Made by a program: the position numbers and the translations under genes | DNA from: Vulcanimicrobiota bacterium | GTDB lineage: Bacteria > Vulcanimicrobiota > Vulcanimicrobiia > Vulcanimicrobiales > Vulcanimicrobiaceae | NCBI GenBank assembly: GCA_963820825.1 | Contig: CAWGBN010000003.1 | Location: 1-64,000 of the forward strand | Reading direction: 5' to 3' | Length of the DNA stretch: 64,000 nucleotides | Shown: piece after piece, positions 32,014-41,564 of the stretch | Layout of the letters: each line of letters begins with the position of its first letter | Position numbering within the stretch: position 1 is the stretch's first letter | The notes under the pieces: model-generated | What the model saw: the letters and a program-made list of their open reading frames with translations, nothing else | Database searches by the model: none | Told to the model about the DNA's origin: nothing

Positions 32014-33030
32014 TTGAGAAGCGGTCTACGCGGCAGCCTGGGCATCGCGCTGGCGCTCCTTGCGGCGGTTATCGTCGTCGGAACCTTCGGCTACGTCGAG
32101 CTCGAGCATTGGCATTGGTTCGATGCGCTCTACATGACGATCACCACGATCACGACGATCGGCAACGGCGAGCCGCAGCCGATGGACCTTCCGGGAAAGT
32201 GGTGGACGATTGCCGTCGTTGCCATCGGGTTCGGCGTGCTGACCTATACCCTGCTCCGGCTGCTCAGCTATATGCTCGAAGGGCGTCTAGGAACCGTAGT
32301 CGGCGAGCGGCGAATGCGGCGACGAGTTGCAGGAATGACCGGACACTACATACTTTGCGGATTCGGGCGAGTCGGAGGTGAGATCGCGCAGGTCTTCACC
32401 GACGAAGGCATCGACTTCGTCGTCATCGACATCAACCAGGACTCGCTCGCGCGCGCGGCTGCGGCCGGCTTCAGAACGATCACCGGCGACGCTGCCGAGA
32501 CCGCGACGCTGCGTGCGGCCGGGGTAGAGCGAGCCCGCGGCCTCGTCGCCGCGGTCGACAGCGACGAGATCAACATCTACGTGACACTCTCCGCGCGCGT
32601 GCTCAATCCCAACCTTTTCATCGTGGCGCGGGCGAATCGCGGCGATGCCGAATCGAAGCTTCGCTTGGCCGGCGCGACTCGCATCATTTCGCCGTACCAA
32701 ATGGGCGGGCGCCGAATGGCGAGCCTAGCGATGCGCCCCACCGCAGTCGAGTTCGTCGATACCGTGCTCTTCGCCAAGAACAGTCAACTCGTGCTCGAGG
32801 ATTTTCGTGTCCCCGCCGGATCGCCGTGGATCGGCGAGCCGGTCTCCGCAATCGCGCCGCAGGGCGACGACGTGATCGTGCTGGCGCTCAAACGCGCGGA
32901 GCGAATGCTCTTCCGTCCGCCGCCCGAGACGCGGGTCGAAGAGTCCGACGAGATCGTCGCCGCGGGGCCGCCCAGCGGGATACGCGCGCTCGACGAACGG
33001 CTACGGCTCAGCGCCAAACTCCCTCCGTAG
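32014..33030 (+). CDS. Potassium channel protein with TrkA-N/TrkA-C (RCK) domains
   Basis: DALYMTITTITTIG pore region, HYILCGFGRVG, NIYVTLSAR.LNP. Confidence 0.9.
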   Translation: MRSGLRGSLGIALALLAAVIVVGTFGYVELEHWHWFDALYMTITTITTIGNGEPQPMDLPGKWWTIAVVAIGFGVLTYTLLRLLSYMLEGRLGTVVGERRMRRRVAGMTGHYILCGFGRVGGEIAQVFTDEGIDFVVIDINQDSLARAAAAGFRTITGDAAETATLRAAGVERARGLVAAVDSDEINIYVTLSARVLNPNLFIVARANRGDAESKLRLAGATRIISPYQMGGRRMASLAMRPTAVEFVDTVLFAKNSQLVLEDFRVPAGSPWIGEPVSAIAPQGDDVIVLALKRAERMLFRPPPETRVEESDEIVAAGPPSGIRALDERLRLSAKLPP

Positions 33031-33128
33031 CGCAGGGCCGCACGGTACGGGGCGCGTTCCGGTGGGAACCGCCCAGGCCCGGGCGAAGGCTCTTTTCTTC
33101 GAGGCATAGCCGCATTTTGGAGGTTATC

Positions 33129-33611
33129 GTGCGCCGAGTTTTCGCTCGTATTCTCTTAACGGGATCGCTTTTGCTTGCCGTCGCAGCGTGCACTTCGCAC
33201 GGGACTCCGCTTGTGCCGGGCGCCGGGACGGGGAGCGCGTTCACACAAAGCCCGATGCGGAGCGCAGCGATCCCCAAGGTCGGCGGCGTCTACAACGGCA
33301 ACGTGACCGAGAGTTCCCAGGGGCAAAGGATCAAGGCAAAGCTGAAGATTACGCTCAAACAATCCGGCGGCAAATTCACCGGGATCTTCGATATGATTCT
33401 GAAAACGATCCAGGATCAGTTTCCGATCATCAAGGGCACCGTGTCATCGTCGCACGGGAAGACGATTCTGCACTTCGTCATCGAGGGCAGTCCCGGACGC
33501 AATGCCAAGGCTACCGCTACCATCATCGGCAAGTCGCTGAAAGGGAAGGCACGCGTCTCGAAGCGCAACGGCCCCGCAGTCCGCTTCCAGTACTCGGCAA
33601 CCAAAGCGTAG
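33129..33611 (+). CDS. Hypothetical basic lipoprotein
   Basis: SD GGAGG, GTG start, lipobox VAAC. Confidence 0.65.
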   Translation: MRRVFARILLTGSLLLAVAACTSHGTPLVPGAGTGSAFTQSPMRSAAIPKVGGVYNGNVTESSQGQRIKAKLKITLKQSGGKFTGIFDMILKTIQDQFPIIKGTVSSSHGKTILHFVIEGSPGRNAKATATIIGKSLKGKARVSKRNGPAVRFQYSATKA

Positions 33612-33663
33612 CGCTCCCTATTACCGCACCGCTGCATTAGTTCGGCGCGCGGACTAGTAGCGG

Positions 33664-34671
33664 CTAGTTGCCGAAGGCGGCGCGAACCGATTCTTTGAAC
33701 GACGCCGTCGTGCGGATCACCGCAGTCGGCTCGTAGCCGCAGTGGGCCATGCAGTTTTCGCACGATTCGTGCTTGCCGCGCCCGTACTTCGACCAATCGG
33801 TCTCTTCGAGCAACTCTTTGTACGTGCGCGCGTACCCCTCTTTGCTCATGAGATAGCAGGGCCGCTGCCAACCGAATACGGTGTAGCATGGAATTCCCCA
33901 GGGCGTGCACTCGAAGTCGACCTTCCCTTCGAGAAAGTCGAGGTAAAGCGGGCTGTGGTTGAGGCGCCACTTCTTCCGCTTGCCGCCTTCGAACGCGGCC
34001 TGGAAAATCTCATGCGTGCGCCGCACGCCCAAGAAGTGCTCTTGGTCGGGCGCTTTCTCGTAGGCGTATGCCGGTGAGATCTGCATCATGTCGACCTTCA
34101 GCTCGTCGTTGAGGTAGTCGAGCACCTCGCGGATCGAATCCGGTCCGTCCTGATCGAAGAACGTCGTGTTGGTATAAACGCGGAAACCGCGCGCCTTGGC
34201 CTCCTTGATCGCCTCGATGGCCTTGTCGAAGACGCCTTGGCGGCAGACCGACTGGTCGTGACGGTCGCGCATGCCGTCGAGATGAATCATCCAGACGAAG
34301 TAGATCGACGGTTTGAAGAGATCGATCTTCTTCTTCAGCAGCAGCGCATTGGTGCAGAGAAAGACGAACTTCTTTCGCTTGACGAGCTCCTCGACGATCT
34401 GCGGCATCTGCTCGTGCACGAGCGGCTCGCCGCCCGCGATCGAGATCATCGGCGCCCCGCACTCCTCGACCGCAGCGATGCACTCCTCGACGCTGAGACG
34501 CTGGCGCAGAATCTCGTCGGGATGCTGGATCTTGCCGCAGCCGGCACACGCCAGGTTGCACTGCAGGAGCGGCTCGAGCTCGAGCACGAGCGGATACTTC
34601 GCTTCGCCCTTGAGCTTCTTGCCGGCGACGTACTTCGCAACGGCGAACTTCTGTTGAAGGGGCATCGTCAT
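33664..34671 (-). CDS. hpnH: Adenosyl-hopene transferase, radical SAM
   Basis: YPLVLELEPLLQCNLACAGCGKI, SIAGGEPL, CTPWG, CENCMAHCGYEPTAV. Confidence 0.96.
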   Translation of the reverse strand: MTMPLQQKFAVAKYVAGKKLKGEAKYPLVLELEPLLQCNLACAGCGKIQHPDEILRQRLSVEECIAAVEECGAPMISIAGGEPLVHEQMPQIVEELVKRKKFVFLCTNALLLKKKIDLFKPSIYFVWMIHLDGMRDRHDQSVCRQGVFDKAIEAIKEAKARGFRVYTNTTFFDQDGPDSIREVLDYLNDELKVDMMQISPAYAYEKAPDQEHFLGVRRTHEIFQAAFEGGKRKKWRLNHSPLYLDFLEGKVDFECTPWGIPCYTVFGWQRPCYLMSKEGYARTYKELLEETDWSKYGRGKHESCENCMAHCGYEPTAVIRTTASFKESVRAAFGN

Positions 34672-34711
34672 GACGTCGATTCCTTTAGGGTTCGTAGGCG
34701 TGTCATCCTTG

Positions 34712-34749
34712 TGTCATCCTGAGCGCGAGCGCAGCGAGCAGTCGAAGGG
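34712..34749 (+). repeat. REP-like element copy 2 (intergenic)
   Basis: TGTCATCCTGAGC...AGTCGAAGGG, preceded by a partial duplicate TGTCATCCT. Confidence 0.75.
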
Positions 34750-34757
34750 CGACGGGG

Positions 34758-37700
34758 TCAGGATGGCACGAGTTGTGAGGGTTCGTGCGGCGCGGATGCG
34801 ACCGGGCTCGCATCGAGCTTCGCGTCCATGGCGAGGGCCATCGTCGGAAAGAGATGGCGATAGAGGTGGTAGTTGATGTAAAAGTCGCGCGGAAAACCGG
34901 TGCCCGTGCATTCGGGCTCGTCCCAGGTTCCGTCGGATTGCTGCCGCTCGCATAGGTAGGTTAGACCCCGCGCCACGGCCGGATGTTGCGCTTGGCCCGC
35001 AAGTTGCAGCGCAAGCACGGCCCAGGCCGTTTGCGACGGCGTGCTCGCGCCGATGCCGGCAAATGACTCGTCTGCATACGAATGACAGCTCTCGCCCCAG
35101 CCGCCGTCGGGATTCTGCACCCCGATCAACCATGCCGTCGCGCGTTCGATCATCTCTGCGCCGGTCCGCAAGGCGGTCAGCGCCGAAATGACGCACCACG
35201 TGCCGTAGATATAGTTCACGCCCCAACGGCCGTACCACGCGCCGTACGGTCTCTGAGTCGCCCGCAGGTACTCCAAGCCGCGCACGACGTAGCGGTTGCG
35301 CGTGTCGTAGCCGAAGGCCGCGAGCATCTCGAGAACGTGGGCGGTGACGTCTTCGGTCGGCGGATCGATCATCGCGCCGAAGTCCGAGAACGGCATGCGA
35401 TAGAGCAGCTCGCGGGTATTGTCGCGATCGAATGCGGCCCAGTTGCCGTCGCGCGACTCCATCGCGAGCGTCCAGCGACGCGCGCGCTCGACCGAGGACG
35501 CAACCCTCTCGCGATCGCCGCCTTCGAGTAGCGCGAGCACCACGATCGTCGTGTCGTCAATGTCGGGATAGGCGTCGTTGTCGAATTCGAAGGCCCAGCC
35601 GTTCCCGCGCTTCTCGCTGCACTTCATACGCCAATCCCCCGGGGCGTCGTCGGGGATCTGCTCGCGAAGAAGCCACTCGACCGCGCGGCGCATCGCCGGA
35701 TGCGACGTATCGAAACCGGCCAGCGCGAGAACGCGCACCGCCCAGGCCGTATCCCAGACCGGCGACATGCAGGCCAAGAATCGCCAGCCTTGCGCGTCGT
35801 CGATGGTAAAGCGCTTCATGCCCTCGATGCCCTTGCGCATAACGGGATGATCGAGCGCGTAGCCCATAAGATCGAGCGCGATCAACGAATAGACCCACGG
35901 CGGTTGAATCCCGCCCCAACTGCCGTCGGCCTCTTGGCGCTCGACGACCCATTGCGCGACGCGATGCTCCGCCTCGTCGCGACGCGGCTGCTTGGGAAGG
36001 CGTTCGTAGAGCTTGAGAAGCTTTTCGGCATAGAGCAGCCAGTGCCGGCGTCCCTTAACGCGCGTCATCTCGCGCTGGGTGCCCGGCGCGACGATCTCGT
36101 TGACGTCCACTCCGAGATCGCGAACCGGTTTTTTCGCAAGCACGATCGTCAGCGGCGCCACCGTGCCGCGTGCCCAGCAGGCGAAATCGTAGAGATTGAA
36201 CGGCATCCACAGCGGAAAGTTGACGATCTCCGGCGGCACCGAGGGGACGCCCGACCACGGATAGACCCCGAAGAGCGCCAGCCAAATCTTGGTGAAGACG
36301 CGCGCGTTGACGACTCCGCCTTGGCCCAAGATTACCGCGAGAGCCTTGCGCATCTCGTCGCGTTCCGAATCGACGCCGAGCACTTTGAGCGCGACGTACG
36401 CCTCGATCGTCGTGCTCAAGTCGGCGGGTCCGTCGTAGTACAACGCCCACGATCCGTCGCTGCGTTGATGGTGCAGAATATGAGCGATCGCACCCGCGCG
36501 AAACTCGTCGAGCGGCAAGCCGAGAAACCGGAAGAGCAGCACGTGCTCCGCCGTCATCGTCACGTTCGTCTCCAGCTCGCCCGACCACCAGCCCTCGGTG
36601 GATTGCTCTTGCAGAAGCCAGCCGACGGCGCGTTTGAGCGTTTGCCTAACCGCACCCCGGTCCACCCTCTCCCGCGAGAACGCTCGTCGCTCCACATCCA
36701 CGTGGAGCTCCTGCTCCGCCACTTTTTCGGCTGAGCACGCTTTGAAGCGGCCCTCCGTGGCCGCGCCGAAAAAGTTGGAGGTCTCGCTTGGAGAGGGTGG
36801 ACCAGGGTGCGTGCGCATAAGCAAATTCGCTGCAACTCTGCCGCTTCGCACGGCCGATTCCATCGTGTCGGGCCAACCGGTCTCGGTCCACGCGCCGGCA
36901 ATGGCGATTGCCGGATGATCGGTGCGTTGGCGCGTACGCGCGGCTCCGAGGCGTGCGAGCCACGTCGCCTCCGGATTCCGCGTTACCGCGCTTCGAGTGA
37001 GCGTCGCTGCCCGTAGCGCGGGCAAGAACGTTTGTGCCTCTTCCCACGCGAGCCGTTCGAGCAATTCGGTCGACATCTGGAGATATCGATCGGCCGCGCT
37101 GATGCTGCAACAGAGATAGCCGGGCGTCTTTTCGAAGATCCATTGCAGCGGCGATTCGAGCGCTGCGGCAAAGTCGAGACCGATGCTGCCGCCGTCGTGC
37201 CAAAGATGAACGTCGACGATCGGATAGGCCTCGTAGGCTTCGAGATTTGCCACGCCGTAGCGCGCGGGGTCGCCCAGGATTCGCGCGACTTGGCGCGGCG
37301 GTACGGCGAGTACGACGGCGTCGAACGCTGCTGCGGGTTCCTCCTTCGACAGGCGCAGGATAACGCCGGATTCGCTCGGCTCGACCCCCACGATCCCGGT
37401 CGACGTGTGGACGGCGTCGAGCTTTGCCGCCGCGGCTTGCGCGAGATGCGCGAGCGGGACCTTCGAGAAGCCGAACCGTGCGGCGCCGGCGTCGCGCAAA
37501 AATGCCGTTTGCAAGACGAAGAGCGCGTCGGAAGCGCTGACACGGTCGAACGGCGCGTTCAGCGCGGGAATGAAGAACGGATCCCAGAACGCGCGGCGCT
37601 CGCCGGCGCCCTGTCCGTTGTGCTGCAGCCATTCTTCAAAGGTCTCCGGTGTGCCGGAGCCCTTCGACGTGCTCAGAGTGACCCGAGCGAGTGCACGCGC

Positions 37701-38084
37701 AATCGAGACTTTTTCGCGGAGCGTAAGAAACGGATATACCGCAAAGGATTCGAGCAAATGCAGCGGCGCGGGAAAGAGGCCTGCCCTCAGCCGGCCGCTG
37801 CGACCGTCGCGCGAAAGAATTCGCGCGTCGAATCGATCTTGCAGGCGCAGCTCGTCACCCATACCGACCCGGCACGCGAAGGAAACGAACTCATCGCAAC
37901 ACGCAAGGAAGACGTGCTGTCCATTGTCTACCTCGACGCCCTCGATCTCAAACGAGGTGGCGCGACCGCCGAGCAGACGGCTACGCTCGAAGAGCTCGAC
38001 GCGAGCACCGGCTTCCTTGAGATGCAGCGCGGCGGCGAGGCCCGCGAGTCCGCCGCCGACGACGGCTACGCGCTCGAAAGCCAC
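34758..38084 (-). CDS. shc: Fusion of hydroxysqualene dehydroxylase HpnE (N-terminal) and squalene-hopene cyclase (C-terminal), about 1108 aa
   Basis: VAVVGGGLAGLAAA, VDNGQHVFL, AGAWTETGWPDTMESAVRSG, then with no stop W.GELETNVTMTAE, DLSTTIEAY, SPVWDTA, YPDIDDT and QW repeats; GTG start overlaps the hpnD end. Confidence 0.92.
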   Translation of the reverse strand: MAFERVAVVGGGLAGLAAALHLKEAGARVELFERSRLLGGRATSFEIEGVEVDNGQHVFLACCDEFVSFACRVGMGDELRLQDRFDARILSRDGRSGRLRAGLFPAPLHLLESFAVYPFLTLREKVSIARALARVTLSTSKGSGTPETFEEWLQHNGQGAGERRAFWDPFFIPALNAPFDRVSASDALFVLQTAFLRDAGAARFGFSKVPLAHLAQAAAAKLDAVHTSTGIVGVEPSESGVILRLSKEEPAAAFDAVVLAVPPRQVARILGDPARYGVANLEAYEAYPIVDVHLWHDGGSIGLDFAAALESPLQWIFEKTPGYLCCSISAADRYLQMSTELLERLAWEEAQTFLPALRAATLTRSAVTRNPEATWLARLGAARTRQRTDHPAIAIAGAWTETGWPDTMESAVRSGRVAANLLMRTHPGPPSPSETSNFFGAATEGRFKACSAEKVAEQELHVDVERRAFSRERVDRGAVRQTLKRAVGWLLQEQSTEGWWSGELETNVTMTAEHVLLFRFLGLPLDEFRAGAIAHILHHQRSDGSWALYYDGPADLSTTIEAYVALKVLGVDSERDEMRKALAVILGQGGVVNARVFTKIWLALFGVYPWSGVPSVPPEIVNFPLWMPFNLYDFACWARGTVAPLTIVLAKKPVRDLGVDVNEIVAPGTQREMTRVKGRRHWLLYAEKLLKLYERLPKQPRRDEAEHRVAQWVVERQEADGSWGGIQPPWVYSLIALDLMGYALDHPVMRKGIEGMKRFTIDDAQGWRFLACMSPVWDTAWAVRVLALAGFDTSHPAMRRAVEWLLREQIPDDAPGDWRMKCSEKRGNGWAFEFDNDAYPDIDDTTIVVLALLEGGDRERVASSVERARRWTLAMESRDGNWAAFDRDNTRELLYRMPFSDFGAMIDPPTEDVTAHVLEMLAAFGYDTRNRYVVRGLEYLRATQRPYGAWYGRWGVNYIYGTWCVISALTALRTGAEMIERATAWLIGVQNPDGGWGESCHSYADESFAGIGASTPSQTAWAVLALQLAGQAQHPAVARGLTYLCERQQSDGTWDEPECTGTGFPRDFYINYHLYRHLFPTMALAMDAKLDASPVASAPHEPSQLVPS
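36652..36810. repeat. 159-bp multi-hairpin palindromic element, in-frame in the HpnE-SHC linker
   Basis: Arms GGTCCACCCTCTCC/GGAGAGGGTGGACC and ACTTTTTCGGC/GCCGAAAAAGT; inner hairpins GCTCCAC/GTGGAGC and GCGGCC/GGCCGC. Confidence 0.85.
37342..37364 (-). repeat. REP-like copy inside the HpnE domain (encodes VILRLSKE)
   Basis: GTTATCCTGCGCCTGTCGAAGGA. Confidence 0.6.
37660..37682 (-). repeat. REP-like copy inside the HpnE domain (encodes VTLSTSKG)
   Basis: GTCACTCTGAGCACGTCGAAGGG. Confidence 0.65.
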
Positions 38085-38959
38085 GACCGCACGACTACTC
38101 GCAATTTCTCCGTCTTGGATAGTGCCGCGCGGGCTCGCAGTGGAAGCGCGGGATCTCGCTCGATCTTCTTCAACAGCTCTTCGTAGATGCCGGCCATCGT
38201 CTGGACGCAGGCCGCCGGACGGCGGGGAATATAGCGCAGCACTTCGTAACCGCTGGCGAAATACGTGCGCGCTCGGGCCACGCTGTGCGCGATCAGCTCG
38301 CTCCACCCGGGATAGATTTGGCCGTTTTCCAGCGCCGATTCGGGAATGCCGAAACGGCGCAGCTCGTCCTGCGGCAAGTAGATCCGGTGCATGTCGACCG
38401 CGTCTTCACGCACGTCGCGCAGGATGTTGGTGAGCTGCAGCGCAAGGCCGAGGTCGTCGGCGCGATCGAGTGCAACGGGATCGGTGAAACCGAAGATCCG
38501 CACGCACATGCGCCCGACCACCGATGCGACGAGCGTGCAGTAGGCGTGCAGTTCCTCGAACGTCTCGTAGCGCGACCGGCTGAAGTCCATCTCGACGCCG
38601 TCGACGAGCGCTTGCAGTTCGCTTTCGGGGATTCCATAACGCTCGACGGCTTCGGCGAGCACCCGCATGATCGGATCGTCACCGTAATCGCCGCGCAGGC
38701 AGCGCGAGATGCGCTCGCGGTGGACGGCGAGGCGTGCCGGCAAGTTTTCGATGCCGACCGTATCGGCCTCGTCGTCGACCTGGCGCGCGAAGTTGTAGAG
38801 GGCGTAGATCGCCATACGCTCGTGGTAGCCGAGCGAAATGAAGCCCCAATAAAAGTTGCCCGCCTCGCGCTTGGCCATCTCGCGATTGAAGCGCTCTGCA
38901 CGATGCCGGTCGGATTCGGGAACGGCGATGCCGCGAAGCGCGCGTTGAAGATTGATCAT
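38066..38959 (-). CDS. hpnD: Presqualene diphosphate synthase
   Basis: NFYWGF, ALYNFARQVDDEAD, YC.LVASVVG, LQLTNILRDVRED, RIYLP. Confidence 0.85.
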   Translation of the reverse strand: MINLQRALRGIAVPESDRHRAERFNREMAKREAGNFYWGFISLGYHERMAIYALYNFARQVDDEADTVGIENLPARLAVHRERISRCLRGDYGDDPIMRVLAEAVERYGIPESELQALVDGVEMDFSRSRYETFEELHAYCTLVASVVGRMCVRIFGFTDPVALDRADDLGLALQLTNILRDVREDAVDMHRIYLPQDELRRFGIPESALENGQIYPGWSELIAHSVARARTYFASGYEVLRYIPRRPAACVQTMAGIYEELLKKIERDPALPLRARAALSKTEKLRVVVRSWLSSA

Positions 38960-39805
38960 TTAGGCGGGGCGGCTCGGAGAGAGCGTCTGCATGGCGGCAC
39001 GAAGCACGAGAACGAGTTTCGTAAAGGCCGAAACGCTCGGTCGTTCATGTTCCGTGTTATACCCGCTTGCCTGGATAGCGTCGCATATGGCCAAACCTCC
39101 CATTCGGTAGAGTGCGAGCTGCAGGCGCAGCGGTCGCGGAACGCGCTTCTCGAGGTCGAGGCCCGAGGCGAGCAGGGCGCGAGCCCGCTCCACCATGGCT
39201 TGCGCGGCGCCCGCGATTCCCCTGGCGTCGACATCGCTATCCACAAGATATCTTCGCCCGATCGCCGCGTCGCGGCTGACGTCCTGAGCGTGATTGGCGA
39301 GTTGCAGTCCGATGCACACGTCGTCCGAGAGCCGCTGCGCGTCGGCTTCGGCGACGCCGAAAACCTGCAGCACCATCCTTCCAACCGGTGCCGCGGAGAG
39401 CCGGCAATAACCGATCAGCTCGTCCCAGGAGCGATAGCGCGTCACGTGCTGGTCCATCACGTTTGCCGCGATAAGGTCGAGAAACGGCTGAGCCGGCATT
39501 GCGTGGCGTGCGATCGTCGCCGCCAGCGCGAAGAGCACCGGATGCACCGGCTCGATCCCGGCAAAGAGGGCTTCGACTTCGCTGCGCCAGCGCTCCAAGC
39601 GCGGCAACGCAGTTCCGGCGCGACTCTCGTCGCCGAGGTCGTCGGTCGTGCGGCAGAAGGCGTAGATGCGCGCCAGGTCGCATCGCGTAGCGGCATCGAC
39701 GAATCGCGAGGCGACGCTGAAATTTTCGTAGTGCCGTCCGGTGAGCGTGCGGCAGTACGCGTCGGCCGCCTCAAGGTTCAGGCGTTGACCGTGCGCGGCT
39801 CTCAC
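38960..39805 (-). CDS. hpnC: Hydroxysqualene synthase
   Basis: HYENFSVAS, YAFCRTTDDLGDE, YCRLSAAPVGRMVL, SDDVCIGLQLANHAQDV; GTGA overlap with the fni stop. Confidence 0.85.
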   Translation of the reverse strand: MRAAHGQRLNLEAADAYCRTLTGRHYENFSVASRFVDAATRCDLARIYAFCRTTDDLGDESRAGTALPRLERWRSEVEALFAGIEPVHPVLFALAATIARHAMPAQPFLDLIAANVMDQHVTRYRSWDELIGYCRLSAAPVGRMVLQVFGVAEADAQRLSDDVCIGLQLANHAQDVSRDAAIGRRYLVDSDVDARGIAGAAQAMVERARALLASGLDLEKRVPRPLRLQLALYRMGGLAICDAIQASGYNTEHERPSVSAFTKLVLVLRAAMQTLSPSRPA

Positions 39806-40854
39806 TGCCGCGACTCGTCGACGCGGATGAGACGCGCGCCGCGCAGGGCGACCGTCGTTGCGGAGGCGACGCAGAACATCGCGATGCGCAGCGTCTCGAC
39901 GAGCTCGCGGGCGAGATCGTGCGCGGCGCTCGAGCTCTCCGCGGCCGCGCGCAGAAAGGGGCCGGCGACTCCGACGAGGTCTGCGCCGAGGGCCAGCGCT
40001 TTTGCGACGTCGATGCCGTTGCGAATCCCGCCGCTGGCGATCAGCATCTTCGTCGGGGCGAGGCGACGCGCCTCGACGAGTGCCTGCACGGTCGGAGTTC
40101 CCCAGCCCGCGAAGGCCGCGGCAACGCGCGCCCGCCAGGGCTCGGCGATTCGGTAGCGCTCGACCTCGCTCCACGACGTTCCGCCCGCTCCCGCAACGTC
40201 GACGGCGGCAACACCGGCATCGAAGAGCGCGCGCACTTCCGCGGCGTCGATGCCCCAGCCGACTTCTTTGACGACGACCGGAAAGGGCGCGCTCGCGCAG
40301 AGCGCCGCGATCTGTTCGAGCAAGCCGGCAAAGCACGTATCGCCTTCGGGCTGCAATGCCTCTTGCAGCGGATTGAGATGGAGCACGAGCGCGTCGGCGC
40401 GCAGCATTTCGACCAGGCGGCGGCATTCGGCGACGCCATAGCCCTTGTTGAGCTGCACCGCGCCGATGTTGGCAAAGAGCGCGACATCGGGCGCGAGCGA
40501 CCGCACGTCGAAGGTATCGAGCGATTCGGGTGACTCGATGAGCGCGCGTCCCGAACCGAGGCCCATTGCGAATCCGTGCTCCTGCGCGACGCGCGCGAGC
40601 CGGCGGTTGATGCGGCGCGCTTCGGGCGTGCCGCCGGTCATGCAGGATATCAGTAACGGAGCGGCCAGCCGCCGGCCGAAGATCTCGACCGACGAGTCGA
40701 TCTGCGCCAGGTCAATTTCGGGCAGTGCGTGATGCGCGAAGCGATATCCGTCGAACCCCGCATCGACGCCCTTGGCTTCGACGTTGCGTTCGATGTTGAT
40801 ACGTAAATGCTCCGCCTTACGCGACGGCGTCGCGTTATGCCGCTCGTCGTGCAA
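39802..40854 (-). CDS. fni: Type 2 isopentenyl-diphosphate delta-isomerase
   Basis: RKAEHL, ISCMTGG, HLNPLQEALQPEGD, VKEVGWG, AGAGGTSW, ASGGIRNGID. Confidence 0.95.
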   Translation of the reverse strand: MHDERHNATPSRKAEHLRINIERNVEAKGVDAGFDGYRFAHHALPEIDLAQIDSSVEIFGRRLAAPLLISCMTGGTPEARRINRRLARVAQEHGFAMGLGSGRALIESPESLDTFDVRSLAPDVALFANIGAVQLNKGYGVAECRRLVEMLRADALVLHLNPLQEALQPEGDTCFAGLLEQIAALCASAPFPVVVKEVGWGIDAAEVRALFDAGVAAVDVAGAGGTSWSEVERYRIAEPWRARVAAAFAGWGTPTVQALVEARRLAPTKMLIASGGIRNGIDVAKALALGADLVGVAGPFLRAAAESSSAAHDLARELVETLRIAMFCVASATTVALRGARLIRVDESRQ

Positions 40855-41498
40855 CGTAACGGGCTACCTCTTCAAAATCGGCCAACGTCTCGCTGCCAAC
40901 GTGCGGCTGCAGCCTCGCCACCGCCGCGGGCGCATCGATCGAAAGAAGCCGCCCCGCTTGCGCAAAGGCGGCGACGATCGCTGCGGGTGCGCCGGCGATC
41001 ACGGCACCGGCTTGCAGCGCCGCACTCGTGAGCACGGCGTCGCGCACCGCATCGTTACGACCCTCGATCGCTTCGAGCACGGCCTCGGCGACGAGGCGTG
41101 CCGTTTCGAGGCGCCGCTGTGGCTGCGACGCATCCTGCGCGAGGCTGCGAAAGGCGAGCGCGTAGAGCGCGTCGCCGGCATTGAGACTCTGGCCCAAGCC
41201 CCAGCGCGCCGCGGCCGGCGCCGCCTCATCCGCAAGCTCGTCGTGCAGGATCAAGAAGCGGTCGAAGAGGTCGAAGGCGGCCGCGACCGGCAGCGCGTCG
41301 GCAAGGTCGCCGTTCGCCGCCTCACACGACCAAAGTAGGAGGCTCGGGCGGAGGAAATTCGTCAGAATCGCGCTCGGGAAGGCGCTCCTCGATGATGCGC
41401 GCTGCAACCGAACCGGCCGGAAAGGCGATTCCTCGGAGGTACTCCGCGGTGCGGGCGCGATGATGGCTCAAGGGAATCGGGTCGCGGAGCGTCGTCAT
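40835..41498 (-). CDS. Short, degenerate polyprenyl synthetase-like protein; one frameshift near 41355
   Basis: LRPSLLLWSC, AAAFDL...LILHDELAD, WG..QSLNAGDAL; N-terminus MTTLRD...DSDEF is in the adjacent frame. Confidence 0.65.
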
Positions 41499-41564
41499 GA
41501 CTGTAAATTCTTCGACCGCTCTCGGGATAGTTGCCTTCCGACAGTGCCAGATGGGGAGATCGCC

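Noticed and set aside
38085..38306. 74-aa N-terminal extension of the 1182-aa HpnE-SHC ORF
   Set aside because: Lies inside hpnD in another frame; the HpnE Rossmann motif starts right after GTG 38084
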